In this document: positions 8,037-16,523 of the stretch, piece after piece
How the letters are laid out: every line of letters starts with the position of its first letter
Numbering within the stretch: the first letter of the stretch is position 1
DNA from: an uncultured Ignavibacteria bacterium
GTDB taxonomy: Bacteria > Zixibacteria > MSB-5A5 > DSPP01 > RBG-1
NCBI GenBank assembly: GCA_964399055.1
Contig: CAYNPJ010000004.1
Span: 11,158-75,157 of the forward strand
Length of the DNA: 64,000 nucleotides
Direction: 5' to 3'
Notes under the pieces: model-generated
What the model was told of the DNA's origin: nothing
The model's input: only the letters and a program-made list of their open reading frames with translations
Databases searched by the model: none
Position numbers and translations under genes: made by a program

Positions 8037-8897
8037 ATGGAGACAAAGACTCTGGTTTTTAAACGGCTCTTACGACCCGAAATCCTGTTAATTGGGTTAG
8101 TCCTGGCCTTAATCTATTTTCCTGTCTTTGTAGAGCTCTGGGACGACTGGGAAAGGGATTCTAATTATTCCCACGGCTTCTTAGTGCCTTTGGTCTCCTT
8201 GTTCCTGCTCTGGAAAAAGCGTCGGGAGCTAAGCCAGATTCCTGCTAAACTCTCACCTTTCGGCTTGGCCATCATTGCTGCCGGGCTCTTTCTGCTCATA
8301 GTTGGAACTGCCGGAGCTGAGTATTTTTCGGTCCGACTCTCCTTTGTGGCTCTGATCTTTGGACTGGTCTGGTACTTTGGGGGGGATAAACTGGCAAAAA
8401 GCGCTGCGGTGCCAATCTGGTACCTGGTCTTGGCCATTCCAGTTCCTTATGTGATTTACTTTGCCATGGCTTTTCCCCTTCAGCTTCTGGCCACTAAAGC
8501 GACTGTGGTCCTGCTCCACCTGATGGGCCTACCTTCCATCCGGCAGGGGAACATCATACATCTTCCGGGCTACAGTCTGGAAGTAGTGGAAGCCTGTTCC
8601 GGCTTGCGCTCTTTAATGTCCCTCTTAGCCCTGTCCGGCGTCTATGCCTATTTAACCCAGAAGACTAAACTGAGAAAATTCATTCTCTTTGCCTCTGCGG
8701 TACCGATTGCTCTGGTTGCCAATATCTTTCGAATCATAATCACTGCCTTAGGAGCTTACTTAATCTCACCTAAAATGGCTGAGGATTTCCTGCATGAGCT
8801 TTCCGGCCTGGTGGTCTTCATCATATCTTTTATCTGTCTGTTCATCTTAGGGGAAATATTAAAGCGCATCGGGGCCAAGAAACCGGCTGTCTCTTGA
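8037..8897 (+). CDS. exosortase (PEP-CTERM-processing transpeptidase, Xrt family)
   Basis: Polytopic membrane protein; conserved active-site context EVVEACSGLRSLMS (ACSG Cys motif) and IANIFRII Arg motif; adjacent to two PEP-CTERM genes; the ORF opens at TTG 8034 but the ATG at 8037 is used here. Confidence 0.85.
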   Translation: METKTLVFKRLLRPEILLIGLVLALIYFPVFVELWDDWERDSNYSHGFLVPLVSLFLLWKKRRELSQIPAKLSPFGLAIIAAGLFLLIVGTAGAEYFSVRLSFVALIFGLVWYFGGDKLAKSAAVPIWYLVLAIPVPYVIYFAMAFPLQLLATKATVVLLHLMGLPSIRQGNIIHLPGYSLEVVEACSGLRSLMSLLALSGVYAYLTQKTKLRKFILFASAVPIALVANIFRIIITALGAYLISPKMAEDFLHELSGLVVFIISFICLFILGEILKRIGAKKPAVS

Positions 8898-8932
8898 CCT
8901 TTCCGGCTCTTCTGCTTTAGTTTGATTTTAAT

Positions 8933-9859
8933 ATGCCTATTTTCAAACTTGCGGAGCTAAACTATCAGGACCTGGAAAAACTCTCGCCCGGTAAAACCGT
9001 CTTTTTTATAGTGATTTCCCCTTTAGAGGAGCATGCTCCCCACCTGCCAGTGGGGACTGACCTCTATATTGCCCGGTATTTTGCCCACCGGTGCGCTGAA
9101 GAGCTAATCCAGAGCCGTCCGGAGTGGAATGTGGTCTTAACCCTTCCCATTCCGGTCGGAGCCAATGTCTTCGAATTCAAAGGCTCGGTCCGACATTCCA
9201 TTCGGACAGTTTATGACGTATTATTAAGTTACGGGAAGGCCATCGCTGAGTGGGGGTTTAAAAACTTGGTCATCATCTCGTCGCATGGCGGAGCCGGACA
9301 CATCTCAGTTTTGGAAGAAGCAGCAATAAGAATCTCCAAAAAGTATAAAATCAAGGCCATCTCTCTTACCGGGGTAATTGCGATTGATTTTCTACAGGGT
9401 AAGTACACCGAACAGATACAGAATGCACTTTACAAGCGTCTGGACGATGAGGACCTCAAACATCTAAAATATGATTACCATGCCGGCTGGTGGGAGACCT
9501 CCATGATGCTTTTGATAAAGCCGGAATTGGTCAGGGAAGAATACAAAGAGCTCCCGCCGGTCCTGATTGAAAGCCCCCTGCAACTGAGAGCCGATGCGGC
9601 CTTGAAATTAGGACAGGGCCTGGGATATTTCGGCACCCCCTCTTTTGCGGATGTTAAGTTGGCTGAGGCATCTTCCAAAGTACTGCTAAGTGAGGGAATG
9701 AAGATTCTGTACCGGTTCTTGGATGGGGAGGATGTGAGCAAGGAAACGCAATCCATTATCTTTAAAAGCTTACTATTCCGCAGAGATTTTTTGAGACTTG
9801 CAATTTCGCTGGCAATTTTTCTTCTTATTCTGATTCTTCTTCTTATCAAATCACTCTAA
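8933..9859 (+). CDS. creatininase-family amidohydrolase (creatinine amidohydrolase/MftE-like fold) with a C-terminal transmembrane anchor
   Basis: Metal-binding motifs LEEHAPHLPVGTD and SSHGGAG typical of the creatininase family; hydrophobic C-terminus LAISLAIFLLILILLLI. Confidence 0.6.
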   Translation: MPIFKLAELNYQDLEKLSPGKTVFFIVISPLEEHAPHLPVGTDLYIARYFAHRCAEELIQSRPEWNVVLTLPIPVGANVFEFKGSVRHSIRTVYDVLLSYGKAIAEWGFKNLVIISSHGGAGHISVLEEAAIRISKKYKIKAISLTGVIAIDFLQGKYTEQIQNALYKRLDDEDLKHLKYDYHAGWWETSMMLLIKPELVREEYKELPPVLIESPLQLRADAALKLGQGLGYFGTPSFADVKLAEASSKVLLSEGMKILYRFLDGEDVSKETQSIIFKSLLFRRDFLRLAISLAIFLLILILLLIKSL

Positions 9860-9975
9860 AACGCTAGATTTTCAATAGCATCAATTCGCTTTCGAGCATT
9901 GTGCAACTCCTTGCACATTCTCTGCTAAACCCTACAGGTTTAAACCCCGACCTCGGATTCTTTGTCACAAAATCT

Positions 9976-9989
9976 AACCGATTTCGGTT
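9976..9989. promoter_or_regulatory. perfect 14-bp palindrome AACCGATTTCGGTT about 110 bp upstream of the sugar-transferase sigma-54 promoter; candidate UAS
   Basis: Read directly; sits in an AT-rich non-coding stretch at the spacing typical of enhancer-binding-protein sites. Confidence 0.35.
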
Positions 9990-10097
9990 TTCTCTCATTT
10001 TTTATAACCTCAAGCTAATTAAGGGATTAGCTAAACGAAGGAACATCTTTATTTTCACATTTTCGACAATATATATATATTTTTCCTCCCCTCCCAG

Positions 10098-10113
10098 TGG
10101 CAGTAGTTTTGCT
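10098..10113 (+). promoter_or_regulatory. sigma-54 promoter TGGCAG-N5-TTGCT upstream of the sugar transferase
   Basis: Plus-strand TGGCAGTAGTTTTGCT with exact GG-N10-GC spacing; lies inside the nominal ORF 9901..11127, whose N-terminal ~75 codons are low-complexity and AT-rich, so it is probably a leader. Confidence 0.6.
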
Positions 10114-10188
10114 ATTGACATAAGTCAAGTTGTAGATGCCGTAAGTTTAACACCCCTTAACAGAGATCGGAAGGTTGGGATAATAGAA

Positions 10189-11127
10189 TTGATAGAGATT
10201 AATATAAGTACAGCTAAACCTGCAGAATCCGGGCAGAAAATTTCTGCTCGCCGGCTAAATCCTGCAGCCAACGGTAGCAATGGCAATGGAAACGGGTCTG
10301 GCCGTCAGAATGGCAGCAACGGCAATGGCTCTGCGCTGACGTCTCGCTATTCCGAACAGGTATTATCCAACGTTTATTTAGCTTCTTACGTTTTCTATAC
10401 CTTTCTGAGAGGCCTGGATGGCGCTCAGCCGGAGGTAAAATTCACGACCCGTCTGAGGTTATCCTGCAAAAGAGTCCTGGATGTATTACTCTCCGGAATG
10501 GGCTTGATTCTGCTCTCGCCACTCTTTTTAATGCTGGCGGTATTAATCAAACTAGATTCAGAGGGGCCGGTTTTTTACAAACAAGAGAGAATCGGGCAGA
10601 ACCGGCGCAAAGGTGACCGGAGACGCTTTCAGTTTGATATGAGCAGCGACCGGCGCTTAAACCGTAACCGGCGACGCGAAGATTATTTTGGGGTGCCGTT
10701 CACAGTTTATAAATTCAGGACCATGCACAAGGACGCCGAGAAAAAGTGTGGGCCTATCTGGGCTACCAAAGACGACCCCCGGGTGACCAGAATTGGCCGT
10801 CTGCTGCGTAAGACCAGATTGGATGAGCTTCCTCAGCTCTGGAATGTGTTTAAAGGGGAAATGTCCCTGGTGGGTCCCCGACCGGAAAGACTTTATTTTG
10901 TCCGCAAATTAGCTCCCCAGGTCAGGAATTATACCATGAGACTTACTTTCAAGCCCGGCATAACCGGACTGGCTCAAGTCGAAAAAGGGTATGACTCCAG
11001 CGTGGGTGACGTTAATAAGAAATTAAAATACGACTTACTATATATTAACAACTGGAGCCTGTGGAAAGATATAAAGATTCTGGTTAAGACCACTCTGGTT
11101 GTGATAACCGGAAAGGGTGCTTTTTAA
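10189..11127 (+). CDS. polyprenyl-phosphate (undecaprenyl-phosphate) sugar phosphotransferase, 'bacterial sugar transferase' family (PglC/WbaP C-domain/EpsB-like); start uncertain
   Basis: KRVLDVLLSGMGLILLSPLFLMLAVLIKLDSEGPVFYKQERIG...YKFRTM...VGPRPE...GITGLAQV. The ORF track starts at GTG 9901, but a sigma-54 promoter at 10098 and no in-frame ATG before 10498 suggest TTG 10189 or ATG 10498 as the start. The product contains an unusual ~29-aa Arg-rich insertion. Confidence 0.75.
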   Translation: MIEINISTAKPAESGQKISARRLNPAANGSNGNGNGSGRQNGSNGNGSALTSRYSEQVLSNVYLASYVFYTFLRGLDGAQPEVKFTTRLRLSCKRVLDVLLSGMGLILLSPLFLMLAVLIKLDSEGPVFYKQERIGQNRRKGDRRRFQFDMSSDRRLNRNRRREDYFGVPFTVYKFRTMHKDAEKKCGPIWATKDDPRVTRIGRLLRKTRLDELPQLWNVFKGEMSLVGPRPERLYFVRKLAPQVRNYTMRLTFKPGITGLAQVEKGYDSSVGDVNKKLKYDLLYINNWSLWKDIKILVKTTLVVITGKGAF

Positions 11128-11148
11128 GCTGAATTTTTCAGGAGAGTG

Positions 11149-11178
11149 AGCCAGGGATAAAGCCCTGGCTTTTTTATT
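11149..11178 (+). terminator. rho-independent terminator after the sugar transferase
   Basis: AGCCAGGG-ATAAA-GCCCTGGCT followed by TTTTTTATT. Confidence 0.75.
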
Positions 11179-11187
11179 AAAAACTCC

Positions 11188-11216
11188 TTGCCATACCACA
11201 GGTTAAATCTTATACT
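11188..11216 (+). promoter_or_regulatory. sigma-70-like promoter TTGCCA-N17-TATACT for the PEGA-FN3-membrane-prsK-prsR operon
   Basis: -35 at 11188-11193 and -10 at 11211-11216; about 34 nt upstream of the ATG at 11250. Confidence 0.5.
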
Positions 11217-11249
11217 AACCTTCGCTTTTTGAAAGCCGAATAATAGCAT

Positions 11250-11975
11250 ATGAAACGGTTTGGCATTATTGCCCTGATTTTGACATTAGCCGCGGCAAGT
11301 ACAATTTGGGCTCAGGAAGACACCGCCCAGGTTACTCTGCGTATAACCTCCAATCCTCCGGGCGTTACCGTTAATCTGGATGGACCTTACCAACTCACGA
11401 CCACGACTCCATCTGACATTACCCAGGAGTTAATGGGAACTTACAGAGTCAAAGCTGAAAAATTCGGATATGAGTCCTGGAACTCCTACATCACTTTGAC
11501 ACCGGACCAGCCTGCCAGTTTGAGGATATCACTTTCGCCCAAGACCAGAATCAAAGCCGCCTTCAGGTCGGTACTCCTTCCTGGCTGGGGACAGTTTTAC
11601 AGTGATCGAAAGGGATGGGGATATTTCTTCGCGACCGGAAGCCTGGTCATGGCGACCGGTTTTGTTCTGGCGGATTTGCACTACAGCAATGAATATGATG
11701 ATTACTTGGACGCCAAAAAAGAATTCGAAGAGGCCGTCAGTATCGAAGAGAAGACTAAGCTGAAAGAGAAGCTGGATGACCGGCAGAGCAAGGCTTACGA
11801 TGCCCAGAAGTTAAGAAATGCGGCCCTCGGGGTGGGTATCGCCTTCTGGGCTTACAATGTGCTGGATAATATAATCTTCTTCCCTTCGGTACAGAGTGGC
11901 GTATTTGAGAAACTATCGACGGACTTTGACCCCAATACCGGGCAGGTCAGGCTGACCTACAATTACTCTTTCTGA
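11250..11975 (+). CDS. PEGA-domain membrane protein (signal peptide, PEGA domain, TM segment, coiled region)
   Basis: VTLRITSNPPGVTVNLDG...YRVKAEKFGYESW matches the PEGA consensus; hydrophobic helices follow. Confidence 0.55.
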   Translation: MKRFGIIALILTLAAASTIWAQEDTAQVTLRITSNPPGVTVNLDGPYQLTTTTPSDITQELMGTYRVKAEKFGYESWNSYITLTPDQPASLRISLSPKTRIKAAFRSVLLPGWGQFYSDRKGWGYFFATGSLVMATGFVLADLHYSNEYDDYLDAKKEFEEAVSIEEKTKLKEKLDDRQSKAYDAQKLRNAALGVGIAFWAYNVLDNIIFFPSVQSGVFEKLSTDFDPNTGQVRLTYNYSF

Positions 11976-11987
11976 AACTTACAAGAG

Positions 11988-13541
11988 ATGAAGAAACTCC
12001 TTTCGGTCTTTTTAATCATAGGCTTGGGCTTAATCTTCTTAAATTGTGAGCGGAAGCTGAAAGACTCTACAGGTCCTGCTTTAAATCTCAATCCGCCACC
12101 CACCCCCAAGAACATAGTTCTGGAAATTGGAGATAAGACCATAAAGCTCAGCTGGAGCGTGGACAGCTTGAACGGCATCAGCTATTTTAAGATTTACCGC
12201 TCTGACTCAGTCGGAGTGGAGCCAAAGTTATACGATTCTACGGCCACTGCCATTACGACCTATACAGACCTGGGACTCAAGAATGGCCAGGAATACTTCT
12301 ATCGAATTAGCTCGGTGGCGACGGACAAATTGGAAGGGTACAAATCGGTCAAGGTCAGCGCTGTTCCTAATCTTTTTGCAGTAACGATAAACAGCGGGGC
12401 TAAATACACTAACAATCGCAGCGTCACTATCGGACTGACCGGTGCCAGCAATACCCGGCATGTGATTATTTCGGAAGATTCTCTTTTCGGAGACGCCTCC
12501 TGGCAGACTTTTTCAGGTTCCAAGAGTTTCACCCTTTCTTTCACCGATGGAACCAAGTATGTCTACGCCAGGTTCCGGGACCAGGACGGCAATGAGAGCT
12601 CTGATTTATACTGGGATGACATAATCCTAGACACCCAGGCCAGCATTAGCAGTGTGACCGAGAATACTGCCGGACAGATTAGACAGGCCGGCCAGATAAT
12701 CCATTTTGCGGTAACCGCCGGAGAGACAGAGGGGACGGCCAGGCTCGATTTGGGGACGGTCAGAGACATAGGGCTCTTTGACGACGGCACTCACGGAGAT
12801 GCCTCTGCCAATGACGGCATCTATGAGCTGGATTACATAATTCCCGCTGATGTAGAAATTGCCGATGCTGTGGTTACAGGGGAATTCACTGACGCAGCCG
12901 GCAATCAGGCGCCATCTAAAACTGCCACAGGCCGGGTGACCATTGCCAAAGCCCCGGGGCCGGTGAATTTATTCGCCCCTTTTGCTGTCCCTAATTCTTA
13001 TAGTTCCATCACCTTAAACTGGTCGACCAGCAATGAGAGCGATTTCTCAGTTTATCGCATCTACCGCTCCACATCTTCCGGAGTGGACTTAAATGACACT
13101 TTGATTGCCAACCTTACCAATAAGTCTACTACAACCTATACGGATACGGCTTTATTTGAAAACACCTGGTACCATTATCGAGTCTTTGTCTTTGATGCCA
13201 ACAACCTCTCTGCTGGTTCGAATGAAGACTCGGCTCGCACCAATCAGAACACTCCGCCGACAGCGGTAGTCTTAGCCACGCCCTCCAGGGTCGATTCCAC
13301 CAGCCTGAAATTGGTGTGGACTCAGAATAGCGACCCTGACTTTGATTCTTATCGGATTTACCGCTCAGTCTCTGCCGGGGTGGATACTCTGGATATGTTG
13401 ATTACAGTAGTCAATCAGGCCGGTACCACCGAATATACTGATGAGAATCTGACAACCGGTCAAAATTATTTCTATCGAGTCTTTGTATTTGATCGCAAAG
13501 GACTTTTTACAGGCTCTAATGAAGTCTCTGCTGCACCCTAG
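11988..13541 (+). CDS. secreted/lipoprotein with three fibronectin type-III domains
   Basis: Signal peptide with Cys (IFLNCERK); recurring FN3 signatures (YFYRISSV, WYHYRVFVFD, YFYRVFVFD). Confidence 0.65.
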   Translation: MKKLLSVFLIIGLGLIFLNCERKLKDSTGPALNLNPPPTPKNIVLEIGDKTIKLSWSVDSLNGISYFKIYRSDSVGVEPKLYDSTATAITTYTDLGLKNGQEYFYRISSVATDKLEGYKSVKVSAVPNLFAVTINSGAKYTNNRSVTIGLTGASNTRHVIISEDSLFGDASWQTFSGSKSFTLSFTDGTKYVYARFRDQDGNESSDLYWDDIILDTQASISSVTENTAGQIRQAGQIIHFAVTAGETEGTARLDLGTVRDIGLFDDGTHGDASANDGIYELDYIIPADVEIADAVVTGEFTDAAGNQAPSKTATGRVTIAKAPGPVNLFAPFAVPNSYSSITLNWSTSNESDFSVYRIYRSTSSGVDLNDTLIANLTNKSTTTYTDTALFENTWYHYRVFVFDANNLSAGSNEDSARTNQNTPPTAVVLATPSRVDSTSLKLVWTQNSDPDFDSYRIYRSVSAGVDTLDMLITVVNQAGTTEYTDENLTTGQNYFYRVFVFDRKGLFTGSNEVSAAP

Positions 13542-13544
13542 GCC

Positions 13545-14390
13545 ATGAACTGGCTTTACAAGCTCAATAATTTCTTTCGCATCTGGGGAGCTACCTTTAA
13601 AGCCATGGGAAAGCTCAAAATCTGGCTCCCCTTGCTAATTCTGCTGATATTGCAGATACTGGTTCTTTTTCAATTAGTCAGATTCTATCAGCCCCAGGTC
13701 TCCTGGCTTTTGGTTCCTTTGTTTAAGTTGATTGCCAGCGAAAGAGCGCTGCACTACCCTCAGTTTTATTTGGCTCTTCCCTATTTGTATAACCTTTTTA
13801 ACTTAGTCCTGATTGGCTTTTTTAGCATTTTTGTCAACGCCCTGGTCATCTGGCTCCTGTCTTCACATTTCTGGGGGAAGAAACTTAGCTACAAGGAGGC
13901 CTGGCAGAACACCAGAACCAGATTCGGACATCTGTTTTTAATCTGGTTTTTTAATACCTTGGTGGCCGCTCTAATTCTGATTCTTCCCGGAGTCTTATTT
14001 TCCAACTGGATGTCCGGCTCTCCCCGGCGGACCTTTTTCATTCAAGCGGCAAGTTTTGGCGCTGGAGTTTTGGTCTCCGGACTTTTCGCCTACTGCTATA
14101 ACTCTATCTTACTTTCCGGGGACGCCTGGCTCAAATCCCTATCAACCAATTTCAGAATTTTCCAGCGCAACTTTTTCTCCACCTGTTTTTTTATTGGCAT
14201 TCCCGGATTGTTGTCCTGGGGTTACGGCATCCTGACCAGCAATACGCCTTTGATAATGTCCAAATTCAGGCCCGACATAGTGCCAGTGCTTTTAGTAATC
14301 GGCTCGGTCATAAATCTTTTGGTGGTCTTCTGGATTTTAGGCTCTTTAGCCCGGCTCTTTCTGTATGAGGTAAAAGAGGTTCAGTTGTGA
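13545..14390 (+). CDS. polytopic integral membrane protein, unknown function
   Basis: Multiple hydrophobic helices; translationally coupled between the FN3 protein and prsK. Confidence 0.5.
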   Translation: MNWLYKLNNFFRIWGATFKAMGKLKIWLPLLILLILQILVLFQLVRFYQPQVSWLLVPLFKLIASERALHYPQFYLALPYLYNLFNLVLIGFFSIFVNALVIWLLSSHFWGKKLSYKEAWQNTRTRFGHLFLIWFFNTLVAALILILPGVLFSNWMSGSPRRTFFIQAASFGAGVLVSGLFAYCYNSILLSGDAWLKSLSTNFRIFQRNFFSTCFFIGIPGLLSWGYGILTSNTPLIMSKFRPDIVPVLLVIGSVINLLVVFWILGSLARLFLYEVKEVQL

Positions 14391-14393
14391 GTT

Positions 14394-16514
14394 ATGTCAG
14401 TTCTCTTTGCCGTAATCGCCAGCCTGACCTTAATCTTCGCCGTAGTAGTACTCCTCCGCAATCCTAAAGAGCTTTCCTTTTGGGCTTTTTTTCTCACCGG
14501 CCTATTCTGGGTCTCAATTTTAGCCGGCATTCTGTTTTCACTGCGCTGGGAGTTTCCTCTCTGGGGCTCTGCTCTTCTGGCTCTGGGGATTAGTTTCCTG
14601 CCCTCCCAGGGGACTTTTTTCAGTTTCTGCTTTGCCAGAGAAAATGTCCGGGAACTGTTAAAGCGCTGGCAGTGGTTTCTGGGGCTGACTTACGCCTTCA
14701 GTATAGTTTTTTTCATCTTAGCCCTGCAGGGGAAAGTTTACGCCTTAGGAGTCGGGGAAGTCGAAGGAAAACTGCTATTGGCCTATACCAATCCGGGACG
14801 GCTCTTTCTGGCTTTCCTCTTCTTGACTACTCTGGTCAGCTTAGTCAATTTGGAAAACACTTATCGTCTATCCAAGGGTAAAGAGCGCTCCCGCTTAAAA
14901 TTGCCTCTCACTCTGTCGGTCTCTGCTTACGCCTGGTTGATTTATTCTCTGACCAGTTCCTTCGTATTGGGCTATCTGCAATACTGGGTTTTGCAGGTGG
15001 GTTTTCTCTTAATCTTGGCGGCTCTGATTTCAACCGGCGTTTATCAGCTCAAACAGAGCACTCATCTGCCGGCAATCTATATGGGGCGGAGACTGGCTTA
15101 TTCCTCAGCCGCTTTTGTGCTGGTGGGACTCTACTTAGTCTTCATCGGCCTGGTGGCCAGTTTCATACCCAAACTGGGCGGGAATTTGCAGATTTTCATC
15201 TCGGTCTTAGCCGCCCTGATGGTCTTGATTGTACTGGTAATCTTGGCCTTCTGGGAGACCTGGAGAAAGAGGCTGGAGCATTTGCTGGAAAGGCTTCTCT
15301 ATCCGGGTAAATTCGATTTTCGCGAGGAGTGGAAGAGATTTTCTGAAAATATCTCGGCTCTGCTGGATTCGGGTGAAATTCAAAAAGAGACCGACAAGGT
15401 CATCCGGGAGAATTTGCGGGTCGACCAGTTGGCAGTATATTCCCGCACCAGCAGGAACAGCGATTTGAGAATCACGCATCACTCCTCAGGCAACTATGAC
15501 CAGCCGCCGGCCCTGCCGCCGGAGGACCCTTTCTGGGGCTGGCTTCTGCGCTATGGGGAGACAGTAGAGAAGAGGCAGATAGAAAGGCTGTTGGAAACTT
15601 ATGCCAGCGGCTCTCAGATTAAACATATTTTAGAGCAGACTAAAGGTGAGGTTATAACTCCCTTGATCGCCAACCGGGAGCTGGAAGGGATGATTATCCT
15701 CTCAGACAAGGAAGAGCAGGAGGCTTATACTAACGAAGATTTCGATCTGTTAAATGCCATCTCCGGACAGGCCGCTCTAGCCCTGTTGAATGCCCGGGTA
15801 GGGCAGGAACTGATTTTAAGCAAGGAGATGGAGTCCTTTCACAAATTTGCGGCCTTTGTGGTTCATGACCTGAAGAATTCCATCTCCATGCTCTCTATGC
15901 TTTTGGCCAATGCCCAGGGGAATCTGAATAACCCTCAGTTTCTGGCCAGCGCCTTGGAGACGGTGGACCAGGCAGTCAAAAAAATGAAGACCCTGGCAGA
16001 TAAACTCTCCTCCCCGCCGGAAGGCAGCACCTTAGTGTTAAGGCAAACGGATTTGAATCAGGTCTGGCAGATGGCGGCCCGGGATTTAAAATTGGAGCTG
16101 CTGCCGAACATAAAAGTGGAGTGGCAGTTAGGCGAGTTACCTCTGGTCAACTGCGACCAGGTTCAGTTGGAGAAGGTCTTTCAGAATCTGTTTTTGAATG
16201 CGGTGGAGGCTATGCCTAAGGGAGGTTCGATTAGAGTTACCACTCAATTCTTTGAGAATCAGAATCATCTTCCGGAAGTACGGATGAGCGTCCGGGATAA
16301 CGGAGTCGGCCTAAGCCCGGAATATCTGCGCACCCGTTTATTCCAGCCCTTTGCCTCCACCAAGAAGTCCGGCTTGGGCATAGGTCTGTTTCAGTCTAAG
16401 GAGATTGTTGAACAACACGGAGGCAGAATCTGGGTGGAGACCTGCGAGGGCAAAGGAACCGTTTTTTACATCACCCTGCCAGTGAAAGCAACAGCAGCAC
16501 CGGTAAACAAGTAG
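14394..16514 (+). CDS. prsK: PEP-CTERM system sensor histidine kinase (PrsK family)
   Basis: About 8 N-terminal TM helices, a GAF-like domain, HisKA (FAAFVVHDLKNSIS) and HATPase_c (GLGIGLFQSKEIVEQHGGRIWVE); immediately upstream of the sigma-54 regulator. Confidence 0.8.
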   Translation: MSVLFAVIASLTLIFAVVVLLRNPKELSFWAFFLTGLFWVSILAGILFSLRWEFPLWGSALLALGISFLPSQGTFFSFCFARENVRELLKRWQWFLGLTYAFSIVFFILALQGKVYALGVGEVEGKLLLAYTNPGRLFLAFLFLTTLVSLVNLENTYRLSKGKERSRLKLPLTLSVSAYAWLIYSLTSSFVLGYLQYWVLQVGFLLILAALISTGVYQLKQSTHLPAIYMGRRLAYSSAAFVLVGLYLVFIGLVASFIPKLGGNLQIFISVLAALMVLIVLVILAFWETWRKRLEHLLERLLYPGKFDFREEWKRFSENISALLDSGEIQKETDKVIRENLRVDQLAVYSRTSRNSDLRITHHSSGNYDQPPALPPEDPFWGWLLRYGETVEKRQIERLLETYASGSQIKHILEQTKGEVITPLIANRELEGMIILSDKEEQEAYTNEDFDLLNAISGQAALALLNARVGQELILSKEMESFHKFAAFVVHDLKNSISMLSMLLANAQGNLNNPQFLASALETVDQAVKKMKTLADKLSSPPEGSTLVLRQTDLNQVWQMAARDLKLELLPNIKVEWQLGELPLVNCDQVQLEKVFQNLFLNAVEAMPKGGSIRVTTQFFENQNHLPEVRMSVRDNGVGLSPEYLRTRLFQPFASTKKSGLGIGLFQSKEIVEQHGGRIWVETCEGKGTVFYITLPVKATAAPVNK

Positions 16515-16523
16515 TTTGAGAAA

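Noticed and set aside
9901-10188. The first ~95 codons of the ORF-track sugar-transferase ORF (MQLLAHSLLNPTGLNPD...IFIFTFSTIYIYFSSPPSG...)
   Set aside because: The translation is low-complexity and derived from AT-rich repeat DNA. The stretch contains a palindrome and a consensus sigma-54 promoter, so it is more consistent with intergenic or leader sequence than with protein-coding sequence.
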